From Bacteroidaceae bacterium (GTDB lineage: Bacteria > Bacteroidota > Bacteroidia > Bacteroidales > Bacteroidaceae): 64,000 nt of DNA. The DNA lies in contig JAFSAT010000046.1 of NCBI GenBank assembly GCA_017442185.1, positions 9,405 to 73,404 on the forward strand. The letters are read 5' to 3'. Shown piece by piece: positions 52,740 to 62,960 of this stretch. A model generated the notes under the pieces. It did no database searches. It had not been told where the DNA came from and saw nothing but the letters and a program-made list of their open reading frames with translations. The translations under genes and the position numbers were made by a program. Within the stretch, counting starts at the first letter, position 1. Every line of letters begins with the position of its first letter.

Positions 52740-54842
52740 ATGAAAAAAACATTCATCACTCTTTTAACAACATTAGTTATGATAACACAGATTTCCTGTG
52801 GAGAAGGCGAACAAAAACCGGCTCTTCTAAGCGACAGTAAAGCACCATTCGGAGCACCCGAATTTCACCTCTACAACATCGGCGATTACCTTGATGCGTT
52901 TAAAACGGCAATAGAAGAAAAACGAGCCGATGTAAAAAACATCATCAATAACAGCGATGCGCCCACTTTTGCAAACACCATAGACGCATTGGAATTGAGT
53001 GGAAAAAATTTGGATAAGGTATCATCAATCTTCTTCAACTTGAATGAGAGCGACAACACACCCCAAATGACAGAAATAGAGAATGCCGTTACACCCATGC
53101 TGACAGAATTGAACGGCTATATATACATGAACGATACTCTTTTCGGTCGCATACGCACACTCTATGAGAAGCGCGAATCGCTGCACCTCGACGAAGAACA
53201 AAACATAGTGCTCGAAGAGTACTACAAACAATTTGTTCGCGGCGGTGCTCTGCTCAACACCGAAGATAAGGCTAAGCTCTTGGAACTAAACACACAGCTG
53301 AGCCTTGCCTCAATTGAATACGGTAATAATCTGCTCAACGACAGCAAGTTATTCAAATTAATAATCACAAATGAGGAGGAGCTGAGCGGACTCCCACAAA
53401 GCATACGCGATGCTGCTGCCGAAGCGGCAAAAGCCGATGGCAGCGAAGGATGGCTGTTCACACTCGACAAGCCAAGCTGCATACCTTTCTTACAATATGC
53501 CGACAACCGTTCGCTGCGCGAAAAGGTATATAAAGCATATTACGGACGCGGCAACAACGACAATGAGAATAATAATAAAGATGTAATACGACGCATCCTC
53601 CAACTGCGACAGCAAAAGGCACAACTTTTGGGATTCGAGAATTACGCTGCCTTTGCCCTCGACGAAAAAATGGCAAAAACAGCCGATGCTGCCAACAAAC
53701 TGCTTATGAGCATCTGGAAACCCGCCGTAGAGCGTGCAAAAGAAGAGGCAGAAGCACTCCAGAATATGATAAATGCCGAAGGAGGAAAATTCAAGCTCGA
53801 AGGCTGGGATTGGTTCTACTACACCGAGAAGCTACGCAAAAGCAAATATGCTCTTAATGATGCCGACATAAAGCCTTATTTCAGACTCGAAAATGTACTT
53901 GCCGGTGCATTCGACTGTGCACACCGCTTGTATGGCATAAAATTTATTGAACGCACCGACATTCCTGTATACTACGAAGGTGTAAAGACCTACGAAGTTC
54001 TTGACAGCAAAGGCGAGCACCTCGCACTCTTCTATACAGACTTCTTCCCCCGCCCCACAAAACGTCAAGGAGCATGGATGACAAACTTTGTGAATCAAAA
54101 GAATTTGGGAGGAGAGAACATACGTCCCATGGTGGTTAACGTGTGCAACTTTACAGCTCCCACCGGCAACACCCCGGCACTGCTTAACATAGACGAAACA
54201 CGCACACTGTTCCACGAATTCGGACACGCACTGCACGGCATGCTCACACAAACACACTATCCAATGGTAAGCGGTACAAACGTAAAGCACGACTTTGTAG
54301 AGCTGTTTTCACAGATTAACGAAAAATGGGCTATCGCACCCGAGGTGATGCGCACCTATGCCAAACACTATCAAACGGGCGAAACAATCCCCGACAGCCT
54401 CATCGAAAAGATGCAACGAAGCTCACACTTCAATCTGGGATTCGAGACAAGCGAACTTGTAGCCGCGGCGCTGCTCGACCTGCGCATGCACACAATAGAG
54501 GATTACACCGATTTTGATTGTAACAAATTTGAAAATGAGGTACGCGCCGAACTTGGCTTTATCCCTGAAATAGAATATCGCTACCGCAGCACAAACTTTG
54601 CCCATGTATTCAGCGGTGGATATGCAGTGGGATATTATGCCTATCTGTGGGCTGAGGTGCTCGACTGCGATGCTTTTGAACTGTTCGAGGAGCGCGGTCT
54701 TTTCGATAATGCAACAGCAATGAGTTTCAAAGTTCTTTTGGAGATGGGCGGAAGCAAAGACCCCATGCGCGAGTATTGCCGTTTCCGCGGTGCCGAACCT
54801 AATCCCGATGCCCTTCTGCGTGCACGCGGACTTATTGACTAA
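52740..54842 (+). CDS. dcp: Peptidyl-dipeptidase Dcp / M3-family oligopeptidase, exported
   Basis: Zinc motif HEFGHALHG (HExxH). About 700 aa. I moved the start to MKKTFITLLTTLVMITQISC, which is a signal/lipobox. Confidence 0.9.
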   Translation: MKKTFITLLTTLVMITQISCGEGEQKPALLSDSKAPFGAPEFHLYNIGDYLDAFKTAIEEKRADVKNIINNSDAPTFANTIDALELSGKNLDKVSSIFFNLNESDNTPQMTEIENAVTPMLTELNGYIYMNDTLFGRIRTLYEKRESLHLDEEQNIVLEEYYKQFVRGGALLNTEDKAKLLELNTQLSLASIEYGNNLLNDSKLFKLIITNEEELSGLPQSIRDAAAEAAKADGSEGWLFTLDKPSCIPFLQYADNRSLREKVYKAYYGRGNNDNENNNKDVIRRILQLRQQKAQLLGFENYAAFALDEKMAKTADAANKLLMSIWKPAVERAKEEAEALQNMINAEGGKFKLEGWDWFYYTEKLRKSKYALNDADIKPYFRLENVLAGAFDCAHRLYGIKFIERTDIPVYYEGVKTYEVLDSKGEHLALFYTDFFPRPTKRQGAWMTNFVNQKNLGGENIRPMVVNVCNFTAPTGNTPALLNIDETRTLFHEFGHALHGMLTQTHYPMVSGTNVKHDFVELFSQINEKWAIAPEVMRTYAKHYQTGETIPDSLIEKMQRSSHFNLGFETSELVAAALLDLRMHTIEDYTDFDCNKFENEVRAELGFIPEIEYRYRSTNFAHVFSGGYAVGYYAYLWAEVLDCDAFELFEERGLFDNATAMSFKVLLEMGGSKDPMREYCRFRGAEPNPDALLRARGLID

Positions 54843-54875
54843 AAATATATTATTATATACCTTGTCACAGAGATA

Positions 54876-55343
54876 ATGGAAAATAGAATAGAAAAAGCTG
54901 TATCACTCTTTAAAGAGGGTTACAACTGCTCCCAATCGGTTGTTGCCGCATTTGCCGATATATACGGATTCTCACACGAACAGGCACTCAAAATGAGTGC
55001 CTCGTTCGGTGGCGGCATCGGACGCATGAGACAAACGTGCGGTGCCGCATGCGGCCTTTTTCTGCTGGCCGGACTCGAAACAGGATGCACCGAGGGGAAA
55101 AATCGCGAAGGCAAAGAGGCTAACTATCGTTTTGTACAAAAACTTGCCGAGGAGTTTCGTCAACGAAACGGCTCATTGATGTGCAACAAATTGCTTGGTC
55201 TTAATACAAACAGCGAAACACCTCCCACTCCCGAAGCACGCACCGACGATTATTACAAAAAACGTCCATGCGTAAAAATAGTAGAGGAGGCTGCACGAAT
55301 ATGGGACGAATATCTGCACGAGAAAGATAAACCAGAAAACTGA
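54876..55343 (+). CDS. C_GCAxxG_C_C family redox-type protein
   Basis: 155 aa. The characteristic spaced Cys pattern is present: YNCSQSV ... QTCGAACG ... LMCNKL ... RPCVKI. Confidence 0.8.
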   Translation: MENRIEKAVSLFKEGYNCSQSVVAAFADIYGFSHEQALKMSASFGGGIGRMRQTCGAACGLFLLAGLETGCTEGKNREGKEANYRFVQKLAEEFRQRNGSLMCNKLLGLNTNSETPPTPEARTDDYYKKRPCVKIVEEAARIWDEYLHEKDKPEN

Positions 55344-55512
55344 ATCAGAAAATTTCTTTAAATTAATCTGAAACAGAAAAATTACCATATTCCACGTGTA
55401 ATTGTGTTATTTAATATGGTTTTTTGTATCATATAACACTAAATTAATAGTTTTTTTACATTTTATTTATTGAAAATCACCAATTTTAGTTGTTTATTCA
55501 AAAAAAAAGCAG

Positions 55513-55520
55513 TACCTTTG
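55513..55520 (+). promoter_or_regulatory. -7 box (TACCTTTG) for the DUF2582-like gene
   Basis: Exact TAnnTTTG 54 nt upstream of the ATG at 55574. Confidence 0.45.
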
Positions 55521-55573
55521 CAGACGATTTTCAGACAGGATAATAAATTGTAAAATTAAATTTAAATTACATT

Positions 55574-55771
55574 ATGAAAGAATTAGCCGGTGAATTTGCA
55601 GGTCGCATTTGGAACGCCCTCAATGAAACAGAAGGTCTCACACTTAAAGAGATTAAAAAAGCAACAAAACTGAAAGACAAAGAACTTTACTTAGGCCTCG
55701 GATGGCTTCTTCGCGAAGATAAAATATTTAACTGCGTAGCAGGCGAAGAGGAGATTTTCGCTCTTAAGTAA
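55574..55771 (+). CDS. Small winged-helix protein (DUF2582-like)
   Basis: 65 aa. AGRIWNALNETEGLTLKEIKKATKLKDKELYLGLGWLLREDKI matches the DUF2582 wHTH pattern. It has its own promoter and terminator. Confidence 0.7.
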   Translation: MKELAGEFAGRIWNALNETEGLTLKEIKKATKLKDKELYLGLGWLLREDKIFNCVAGEEEIFALK

Positions 55772-55785
55772 AATTAAATCCCAAT

Positions 55786-55826
55786 AAAAAGCGACAAATC
55801 CATAATTATGGATTTGTCGCTTTTTT
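55786..55826 (+). terminator. Terminator after the DUF2582-like gene
   Basis: aaaaa-gcgacaaatccat-aatt-atggatttgtcgc-tttttt. Confidence 0.7.
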
Positions 55827-55862
55827 ATAAAATATTCCTATAACCATAGAGAAAGAAAAAAA

Positions 55863-56126
55863 ATGAATAACTATCAATACATAACAAGCGGTACATGCTC
55901 AAAACTTATAACACTCGTCATAGATGATGAGGACAGAGTGCAAGAGTGCAATTTTCTTGGCGGATGCAACGGTAATCTGCAAGGAATAGGCAGATTGGTG
56001 AAAGGTGAATGCGCACAAGATATTATAAAAAAGTTAAAGGGCATAAGTTGCAACGGCAAACCCACGTCGTGTCCCGACCAGCTGGCACAGGCTCTGCAAT
56101 CTTATCTTGCACAGAAAAACAACTAA
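55863..56126 (+). CDS. TSCPD-domain small protein (TIGR03905-like)
   Basis: 87 aa. The blocks TSGTCSKLI ... CNFLGGCNGNLQGIGRL ... GISCNGKPTSCPDQLA fit the conserved 4-Cys pattern of this family. Confidence 0.72.
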   Translation: MNNYQYITSGTCSKLITLVIDDEDRVQECNFLGGCNGNLQGIGRLVKGECAQDIIKKLKGISCNGKPTSCPDQLAQALQSYLAQKNN

Positions 56127-56139
56127 CTTATAACAAAGC

Positions 56140-57408
56140 CTACATGAATGGTGTAAGCACATAAGCAAGCCATCCGCAGAAACGATTCCACAATGGTCTG
56201 CTCTTCCAATATTTACGCGTCATTAGAAAGCTCTCTTTCTTATCTTGCCGGAAGATGTGCAACAGATTCTCTGTATCTTCCTTGTCAAAGACAAACAGAT
56301 TGCACTCATAATCGAAACAGAGACTGCGACTGTTAAGGTTGGCCGAGCCTATTGTGCAGAATTTGCCATCTACACCCATCACTTTGGAGTGATTGAAACC
56401 TCCGTCGTAGAGATACACTGTTGCACCTTTCTTCATGAGTTTATAGGCCGTATACATGGCGCCATCAGGAGTGAACGGTATATCCGACTTTGAAGATATC
56501 ATAATCTCGACCTTTACACTGTCTTTAAGGGCTTTTTTTATGGCACGTCGCACTATGTAGGTGGGAATAAAATAGGGATTTATTATTTGAACACTATCCT
56601 TTGCCGAATGGATTGCATTTGCATACGCTCGACGCATCTGCTCGGCATTTCTTGTGGGCCAACGGTCGACTACGGCAATGCGTGCATCGTCTTTTGCAGA
56701 TGCTTTCGGATAGTATTCGGGGCCTCCGATATTCTGCCCTGTCTCGCGGTTCCACATGGCAAGAAATATGTTTTGAAGTTTTGCCACAGCTGCTCCATCC
56801 ACGCGCGAATGTATGTCGCGCCATTTGCCCACTCCTTCGAGACCGTCAATATAATAATCGGCAACATTAATGCCTCCTGTATAGCCTATTTTACCATCTA
56901 TCACCACAATCTTACGATGGTCGCGATGGTAGGCATGATTTATCCAGGGGAAGCGTATGGGGTCGAATTTTACAATATCTATACCTTTTTCGCGTATAGC
57001 CTCAAGATGCTTTTTCTTTAACGGTCGGTTGTTTGACATATTACCGAAGGCATCAAACATGGCACGCACTTCAACCCCTTCGGCGGCTTTTTTTGCCAAA
57101 GCTCCTATCAGTACGGAATTTATTGAGTCGTTACGAAAATTGAAGTATTCAAGATGTATGTGGTGCTTTGCTTCGCTTATATCCTGAAGCATACGCTCGA
57201 ACTTTGCAGGGCCGCCATTGAGTATGTCTATTTCGTTGCTGTCTGTTACGGCTATTTGTTGTTCCTTAAGATATTGCATGAAGGCTGCATCGGAGCTTTC
57301 ATGATTGTTGCGCTCTACTGCCATGAATTTGCTTTTACAGGAGAGTAGCAGAGGAAGTGTAAGCAAAAGTATTATTTGTCGGAATTGAAGCATTTTTTTA
57401 TTATTCAT
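56140..57408 (-). CDS. cls: Cardiolipin synthase (PLD superfamily)
   Basis: Two HKD motifs are present (HRKIVVIDGKIGYTGGIN; NHSKVMGVDGKFCTIGSANLN). I set the start at MNNKKML because the terminator of the upstream gene (57437-57474) lies inside the longer listed ORF. Confidence 0.9.
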   Translation of the reverse strand: MNNKKMLQFRQIILLLTLPLLLSCKSKFMAVERNNHESSDAAFMQYLKEQQIAVTDSNEIDILNGGPAKFERMLQDISEAKHHIHLEYFNFRNDSINSVLIGALAKKAAEGVEVRAMFDAFGNMSNNRPLKKKHLEAIREKGIDIVKFDPIRFPWINHAYHRDHRKIVVIDGKIGYTGGINVADYYIDGLEGVGKWRDIHSRVDGAAVAKLQNIFLAMWNRETGQNIGGPEYYPKASAKDDARIAVVDRWPTRNAEQMRRAYANAIHSAKDSVQIINPYFIPTYIVRRAIKKALKDSVKVEIMISSKSDIPFTPDGAMYTAYKLMKKGATVYLYDGGFNHSKVMGVDGKFCTIGSANLNSRSLCFDYECNLFVFDKEDTENLLHIFRQDKKESFLMTRKYWKSRPLWNRFCGWLAYVLTPFM

Positions 57409-57436
57409 GTTTATTGCATTCAAGCCGCGAAGATAC

Positions 57437-57474
57437 AAAAAACCTGCCATCCTCAAAAAGGATGGCAGGTTTTT
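57437..57474 (-). terminator. Terminator after the second M16 peptidase gene
   Basis: aaaaa-acctgccatcc-tcaaaaa-ggatggcaggt-tttt. Confidence 0.7.
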
Positions 57475-57506
57475 AATATTCACTAATGATTGTCGGCAGA
57501 CACTTT

Positions 57507-60302
57507 TTACTTGGCTTCGGGCATGAGCATCAGCTCGATAAAGTTACCACTGTCAATTATAGACTTTAACACGGCAGGTATATTTTGCGATGAGAGTTGT
57601 GCAACAGCCTCTTCATACTCCTTGTCATAGTCTGTTTTATCATTATTCCACTTTTTAAGTACGCTCAACCAATATCTGTTGTTGATGCGCTGTTCGGGAA
57701 CATTCTTCTTGAAGTTTTCGACGATGCGGGTGAGTTTTTCGTCGGTAACACCATTTTCGAGGAATGTAATCACATTATCGTGTGCCATTTTTGCCAATCG
57801 CTCGGCCGATTCGGGGTTTGTTTCAAATACCACCTGAAGACCTCCTATTTCGGTAGGTTCATCGCGCAAGAATGTTGCCACTCCTGCTCCGTATGTGCCA
57901 CCTTCGCTCTCGCGCAGTGTCTCGGTAAACACCATGTCCAACAACTGCTTGCAGGCATCGAGCATCACCTCGTTCTTTACACTGTATGGGGCAGGGGCAT
58001 GATAGAATTGCAATACTGTGCTTTTGGGTGTCTCCATAGCTACATTCAAACGCTCAGAGACTTTTCCATTGACATAGTTTTCGCCGCGATTGCTCCATTT
58101 GGTTGCCTTGCCTTTTTCTAAAGAACCTATATATTTCTCAATCAAGGGTTTCACAGAGTCTGCTTCTATGTTTCCTACAACATACAGTGTGGCTCCGTTT
58201 ACACCGTTGAACAGTCGGCGATAAACTGTCTCGAATGTGTTTATGTTTGCCTTTGACAGTATATCATCGTTTATAACTGTACGACGCGGATTATTACCAT
58301 AGATAGTCTTGGAGACTGCTTCTTGGAATTTAAACGAAGGGTTGCTTTGGAGATTGGGCAGCATTGCCTTTATCTGTGTTATTCCCAAATTGTACTCATC
58401 ATTATCGAAACGCGGAGACGCAATATTCAGATACATAAGTTGGAATGCAGTCTCTATGTCCTTTGGTGTTGATTCGGCCGAGATACCATGACGAAGATTG
58501 TCGATATACGGTGTGCAACGTACATTTTTGCCTGCGAGCATCTTTTTCAGTTGCGTTCCTGCAAAAGTGGAGATACCGCGATTTTGCATGTATAGTGCCC
58601 AGATGTTCTCGTCGAACGATGGGAGTTCTTCTGTCTCGATAAGTGATTTTCCACCGTCTTTTACAAGTTCCAGAAGAATTTGATCTTTTTTATGTTCGGT
58701 CTTTAGTACTACCACTTTTACTCCGTTGGATAGCTGCCATGCCACCGAGCCGTGCACTCCATCGGTCATTTTTTTGGACTTGGCTCCTTTGAGAAGGCTT
58801 GCATCGAGAAGAGGCTCGTTTGTATTCTCTTCGACATTTGCTGCAATATCTACATTCTTTATATTTGAGAGTATGGCTGTCAGTTGTTCTTTTGTGGGCT
58901 GCACGATACCATCGCGCTGAGGTGCTTTTGATATTACCACGCAGTTCTTTTCTCCAATCAATTGTGATGTAATCTGTTGAAGTACCGGAGCTTGTAATTG
59001 TGCCATAACCATCTTTGTGAGTTCCAGCTCGGTTGCGGGTTCCATATTATAATCGTTGGCAAAGAAGCTGTTAAGAATGGGGTTCACAAGTTCGCTGTTC
59101 TTGCGGCTTTCGGCTGCGGAGACTGCTTTTTCAAGACGGCTTATGATTTTCTCTTTTGCACGCTCTATTTCTCCCTCGGTGAATCCATAGCGGCGCATCT
59201 TCTCTACCTCAATCATATATGCTTCGAATGCCTTGAGAGCCTCGCCGTCCTTGAACATAACTGTACCCTGCACGGCGTCGGCCGACTCGCATAGTCCGCC
59301 AATCATCAACTGTCCCATCAAGAAGGGGGCATCGGGCTTGGATGTTATATCGTGGAAGCGTTCGTCCATAACCCTGCCTATGATGGATTTTACAAGATCA
59401 TTAACAAAGGCCATGTCGGTATTGCGCATTTCACGAGGAACGGGTGCGAAACGCCAAAGAACCTCAATCATAGAGGATGTAGCCTCCGGGTCGGTGAGAA
59501 TGGCTATCTCGGGATTTACATTCTCGGGAATCTGTATCAAAGGCTTCACAGTAGGCTGCGCCGGTGCGGGAATCTCACCGAAAATGTTTTTTATCTTGGC
59601 TTCAATTTTATCGACATCTACATCACCAACCACTACCACAGCCTGCATGTCGGGATGATACCATGTGCGATAGAAATTGGTAAGACTCTCGTATTTAAAG
59701 GTCTTCAATTGCTCCTCGCCGCCAATGAGTGTGCGTCGTGCCATTTGGGTATCGCCGAAGTAGTAAGGAAGGGACTGTTCGAGCATGCGCCAATCTGCTG
59801 TGCGACGCGAACGACGCTCCTCAAGAATCACTCCGCGCTCGGCATCAATTTCTTTAGGGTCGCAAGTTACATAGTGTGAATAGTCGCGAAGAATCATAAG
59901 GCAAGTATCAACGATACCTTCTCTTATTACCGGGATATTATTGAGCATATAGCTTGTTTGCTCGAAGCCGGTGGAGGCATTGATGTTGCGTCCGAATTCT
60001 GCACCAATGCTCTGCAAATACTCCAAGATACCTTTACCGGGGAAATTCTTTGTGCCATTGAAACACATGTGCTCTAAAAAGTGTGCCAATCCATCTTGGT
60101 CGTCGGCCTCTTGGAATGCACCAACGTTAGTGGCAAGATAAAATTCGGCCCTCTGAGCCGGTTGTGCATTATGACGTATGTAATACGTCAATCCATTCTC
60201 CAATTTACCGACTTTCACTGCCGGATCATTCGGTAACGGCTGTTGTCCGAATGTAACTATTGCAACAATAACAGCTGCAAACGTCATTAAAAACCTTTTC
60301 AT
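57507..60302 (-). CDS. M16 family zinc peptidase, secreted (paralogue of 34466..37279)
   Basis: 931 aa. Signal peptide. HFLEHMCFNGT. The N-terminal 100 aa are collinear with the other copy (GKLENGLTYYIRHNAQP vs GRLKNGLTYYIRHNAKP). Confidence 0.92.
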   Translation of the reverse strand: MKRFLMTFAAVIVAIVTFGQQPLPNDPAVKVGKLENGLTYYIRHNAQPAQRAEFYLATNVGAFQEADDQDGLAHFLEHMCFNGTKNFPGKGILEYLQSIGAEFGRNINASTGFEQTSYMLNNIPVIREGIVDTCLMILRDYSHYVTCDPKEIDAERGVILEERRSRRTADWRMLEQSLPYYFGDTQMARRTLIGGEEQLKTFKYESLTNFYRTWYHPDMQAVVVVGDVDVDKIEAKIKNIFGEIPAPAQPTVKPLIQIPENVNPEIAILTDPEATSSMIEVLWRFAPVPREMRNTDMAFVNDLVKSIIGRVMDERFHDITSKPDAPFLMGQLMIGGLCESADAVQGTVMFKDGEALKAFEAYMIEVEKMRRYGFTEGEIERAKEKIISRLEKAVSAAESRKNSELVNPILNSFFANDYNMEPATELELTKMVMAQLQAPVLQQITSQLIGEKNCVVISKAPQRDGIVQPTKEQLTAILSNIKNVDIAANVEENTNEPLLDASLLKGAKSKKMTDGVHGSVAWQLSNGVKVVVLKTEHKKDQILLELVKDGGKSLIETEELPSFDENIWALYMQNRGISTFAGTQLKKMLAGKNVRCTPYIDNLRHGISAESTPKDIETAFQLMYLNIASPRFDNDEYNLGITQIKAMLPNLQSNPSFKFQEAVSKTIYGNNPRRTVINDDILSKANINTFETVYRRLFNGVNGATLYVVGNIEADSVKPLIEKYIGSLEKGKATKWSNRGENYVNGKVSERLNVAMETPKSTVLQFYHAPAPYSVKNEVMLDACKQLLDMVFTETLRESEGGTYGAGVATFLRDEPTEIGGLQVVFETNPESAERLAKMAHDNVITFLENGVTDEKLTRIVENFKKNVPEQRINNRYWLSVLKKWNNDKTDYDKEYEEAVAQLSSQNIPAVLKSIIDSGNFIELMLMPEAK

Positions 60303-60370
60303 AGTTTTAAAAATTATCTATATAGTTAAATTAAGATTTCCACCTGTTGATATTATTTAAATTCTGATGG

Positions 60371-60378
60371 CAAAAATA
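60371..60378 (-). promoter_or_regulatory. -7 box (TATTTTTG on the minus strand) for the second M16 gene
   Basis: Exact TAnnTTTG 69 nt upstream of the ATG at 60302. Confidence 0.35.
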
Positions 60379-60751
60379 GTATATTTATGGCGTTACACAG
60401 CAATTATTCGATAATTTTAACACAGAAAGGGGCATATTTTGGATTCACACGCACGCCAACGATTCTTAGACATATTATGATTTGTATATCACCGATAAGA
60501 GCAGAGTGCTTACAACATACAGTCTGTTAAAAAATTGTCAAAATTTCATCTGCAATCCTCCGAGACGCAGCCGTCAAAATTCAAAAACAAAAACCGAGAC
60601 TTAAAAAAAACGCGCTACAACACCTTACAAAGCGCATTAGTGGAAATTGTTAATAACTTATGAACATTATTTATTCCCAAAAAGAATAATTATTAGTAGC
60701 TTTGCCGATGTAGTTCCAACAAAAAAGTCACACCGATTATTTATAGCGAAT

Positions 60752-62959
60752 ATGATACAGACAGTAGTCAAAAGAGACGGGCGCATAGTAGGCTTTAACG
60801 AAGAAAAGATAGTAACTGCCATAAGAAAGGCGATGCTCCACACCGAGAAGGGCGAGGACATGCATCTCATACGCCAAATAACCGACCACATTTCGTTCCG
60901 CGGCGACACACAAATGACGGTGGAAGCAATTCAGGATATGGTGGAAATGGAGCTTATGAAGAGCAGCCGAAAAGACGTGGCACAAAAATATATCGCCTAT
61001 CGCAATCAGCGTCGTATAGCACGCAAGGCTAAGACACGCGACATATTCCTCGAAATAATAAACATAAAATCTAACGATGTAACACGCGAAAATGCAAACA
61101 TGAATGCCGACACCCCGGCAGGCATGATGATGAAGTTTGCAAGCGAAACAACAAAACCCTTTGTTGATGACTACCTGTTGAGCGAAGAGGTGATGAACGC
61201 CGTCAGAAACAACTATCTGCACATACACGACAAAGACTACTACCCCACCAAAAGTCTCACATGCGTGCAACATCCGCTCGACAAGATACTGTCCGGAGGA
61301 TTCTCGGCCGGACACGGAGAGTCGCGACCGGCCAAGCGCATCGAAACAGCCAGCATACTCGCATGTATATCAATGGAAACAGCACAAAACGAGATGCACG
61401 GCGGCCAGGCAATACCGGCTTTCGATTTTTACTTGGCTCCCTACGTAAGAAGCAGCTACATCGAAGAGGTTAAACGTCTCGAAGAGCTGTACGGCAAAGA
61501 CTTCAGCCACCTCTACGACAAGAGCATCAGCGACTACATATATCGCCCGCTAATAGGCTTGGTGGGAGACGACCGTATTCTGCAACACGCCATAAATCAA
61601 ACAGTACAGCGTGTGCATCAAGCAATGGAAGCATTCATACACAATATGAACACCATACATTCACGAGGTGGCAATCAAGTGGTGTTCAGTTCCATAAATT
61701 ACGGTACTGATACCTCGGCCGAAGGTCGTTGCGTAATACGCGAACTGCTGAACAGCACCTACAAGGGAGTGGGCAACGGCGAAACAGCCATCTTCCCAAT
61801 TCAAATATGGAAAAAGAAACGCGGTGTAAGCTATCTGCCCGAAGACCGCAATCACGACCTTTACAAACTTGCCTGCAAAGTTTCGGCACGACGATTCTTC
61901 CCCAATTTCCTAAACCTCGATGCCACATTCAACCAAAACAGCGAATGGCGTGCCGACGACCCCAAACGCTACATTCACGAAGTAGCAACCATGGGCTGCC
62001 GCACACGTGTTTTTGAAAATCGCTTCGGCATAAAAACATCCATAGGACGCGGCAACCTCTCGTTTACCACAATAAACATAGTACGTCTCGCAATAGAGTG
62101 CATGCACATCGAAAACAAAGAGCAACGCATTGCACAATTCTTTGCAAAGCTCGATAATATGCTTGAAACAACAGCCATACAACTGCATGAACGCATGGAA
62201 TTTCAAAAGACAGCCTTTGCCAAACAGTTCCCACTGCTAATGTCGGTGCTATGGATTGGTTGCGAAAATCTTAAGCCCGGCGACAGCATATCATCGGTAA
62301 TAAACCAAGGAACCTTGGGAATAGGATTCATAGGCCTTGCGGAATGTCTTGTGGCACTCACAGGGAAGCATCACGGAGAGTCGGAAGAGGCGCAATCGCT
62401 TGGTCTGCGCATCATCACATACATGCGCGACCGAGCCAACCAATTCTCCGACAAATATCAACACAATTACAGTGTGCTTGCCACACCGGCCGAGGGACTC
62501 TCGGGACGCTTCACACGCGCCGACCGCAAGAAGTTCGGAGTACTGCCCGGAATAACCGACCGCGACTACTACACAAATTCCAACCATATACCTGTCTATT
62601 TCAAATGCAGCGCCCACCACAAAGCACAGATAGAAGCACCCTATCATGCACTAACCGGAGGCGGACACATATTCTACGTAGAGATTGACGGCGACGCCAC
62701 ACACAATCCCGAGGCAATAATGCGAGTAGTAGATATGATGGACAAATACGACATAGGCTATGGCTCCGTAAATCACAATCGCAACAGGTGCATGGACTGC
62801 GGTTATGAGAATGCAGTAAAAAACCTTGACAAATGTCCCAATTGCGGCAGCACAAACCTCGACCGCCTGCAACGTATAACGGGTTATCTTGTAGGAACCA
62901 CCGACCGTTGGAACAGCGCCAAGCTTGCCGAGTTGAACGACCGCATAATACACGAGTAG
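60752..62959 (+). CDS. nrdD: Anaerobic ribonucleoside-triphosphate reductase (class III RNR)
   Basis: N-terminal ATP-cone MIQTVVKRDGRIVGFNEEKI. C-terminal Zn ribbon CMDCGY...CPNCG. Glycyl-radical motif RITGYLVG. I moved the start from 60647 to the ATP-cone Met. Confidence 0.95.
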   Translation: MIQTVVKRDGRIVGFNEEKIVTAIRKAMLHTEKGEDMHLIRQITDHISFRGDTQMTVEAIQDMVEMELMKSSRKDVAQKYIAYRNQRRIARKAKTRDIFLEIINIKSNDVTRENANMNADTPAGMMMKFASETTKPFVDDYLLSEEVMNAVRNNYLHIHDKDYYPTKSLTCVQHPLDKILSGGFSAGHGESRPAKRIETASILACISMETAQNEMHGGQAIPAFDFYLAPYVRSSYIEEVKRLEELYGKDFSHLYDKSISDYIYRPLIGLVGDDRILQHAINQTVQRVHQAMEAFIHNMNTIHSRGGNQVVFSSINYGTDTSAEGRCVIRELLNSTYKGVGNGETAIFPIQIWKKKRGVSYLPEDRNHDLYKLACKVSARRFFPNFLNLDATFNQNSEWRADDPKRYIHEVATMGCRTRVFENRFGIKTSIGRGNLSFTTINIVRLAIECMHIENKEQRIAQFFAKLDNMLETTAIQLHERMEFQKTAFAKQFPLLMSVLWIGCENLKPGDSISSVINQGTLGIGFIGLAECLVALTGKHHGESEEAQSLGLRIITYMRDRANQFSDKYQHNYSVLATPAEGLSGRFTRADRKKFGVLPGITDRDYYTNSNHIPVYFKCSAHHKAQIEAPYHALTGGGHIFYVEIDGDATHNPEAIMRVVDMMDKYDIGYGSVNHNRNRCMDCGYENAVKNLDKCPNCGSTNLDRLQRITGYLVGTTDRWNSAKLAELNDRIIHE

Positions 62960-62960
62960 A

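Noticed and set aside
60303-60751. Possible NrdR boxes or a cobalamin riboswitch upstream of nrdD (450-nt leader).
   Set aside because: I recognised no ACACwAtATaTwGTGT-type palindromes and no B12-box (GCCACTG). There is only a weak TAGCTTTG box at 60697-60704.
60647-60751. N-terminal extensions in the ORF track for nrdD (60647), C10 protease (38947), DEAD helicase (44938), cls (57483), dcp (52698), GH92 (4309), ansA (25690) and the lipid kinase (40101).
   Set aside because: Internal starts coincide with the expected domain or signal-peptide beginnings. In several cases the extension runs through a terminator (57437-57474), a -7 box (39985-39992) or the upstream gene.
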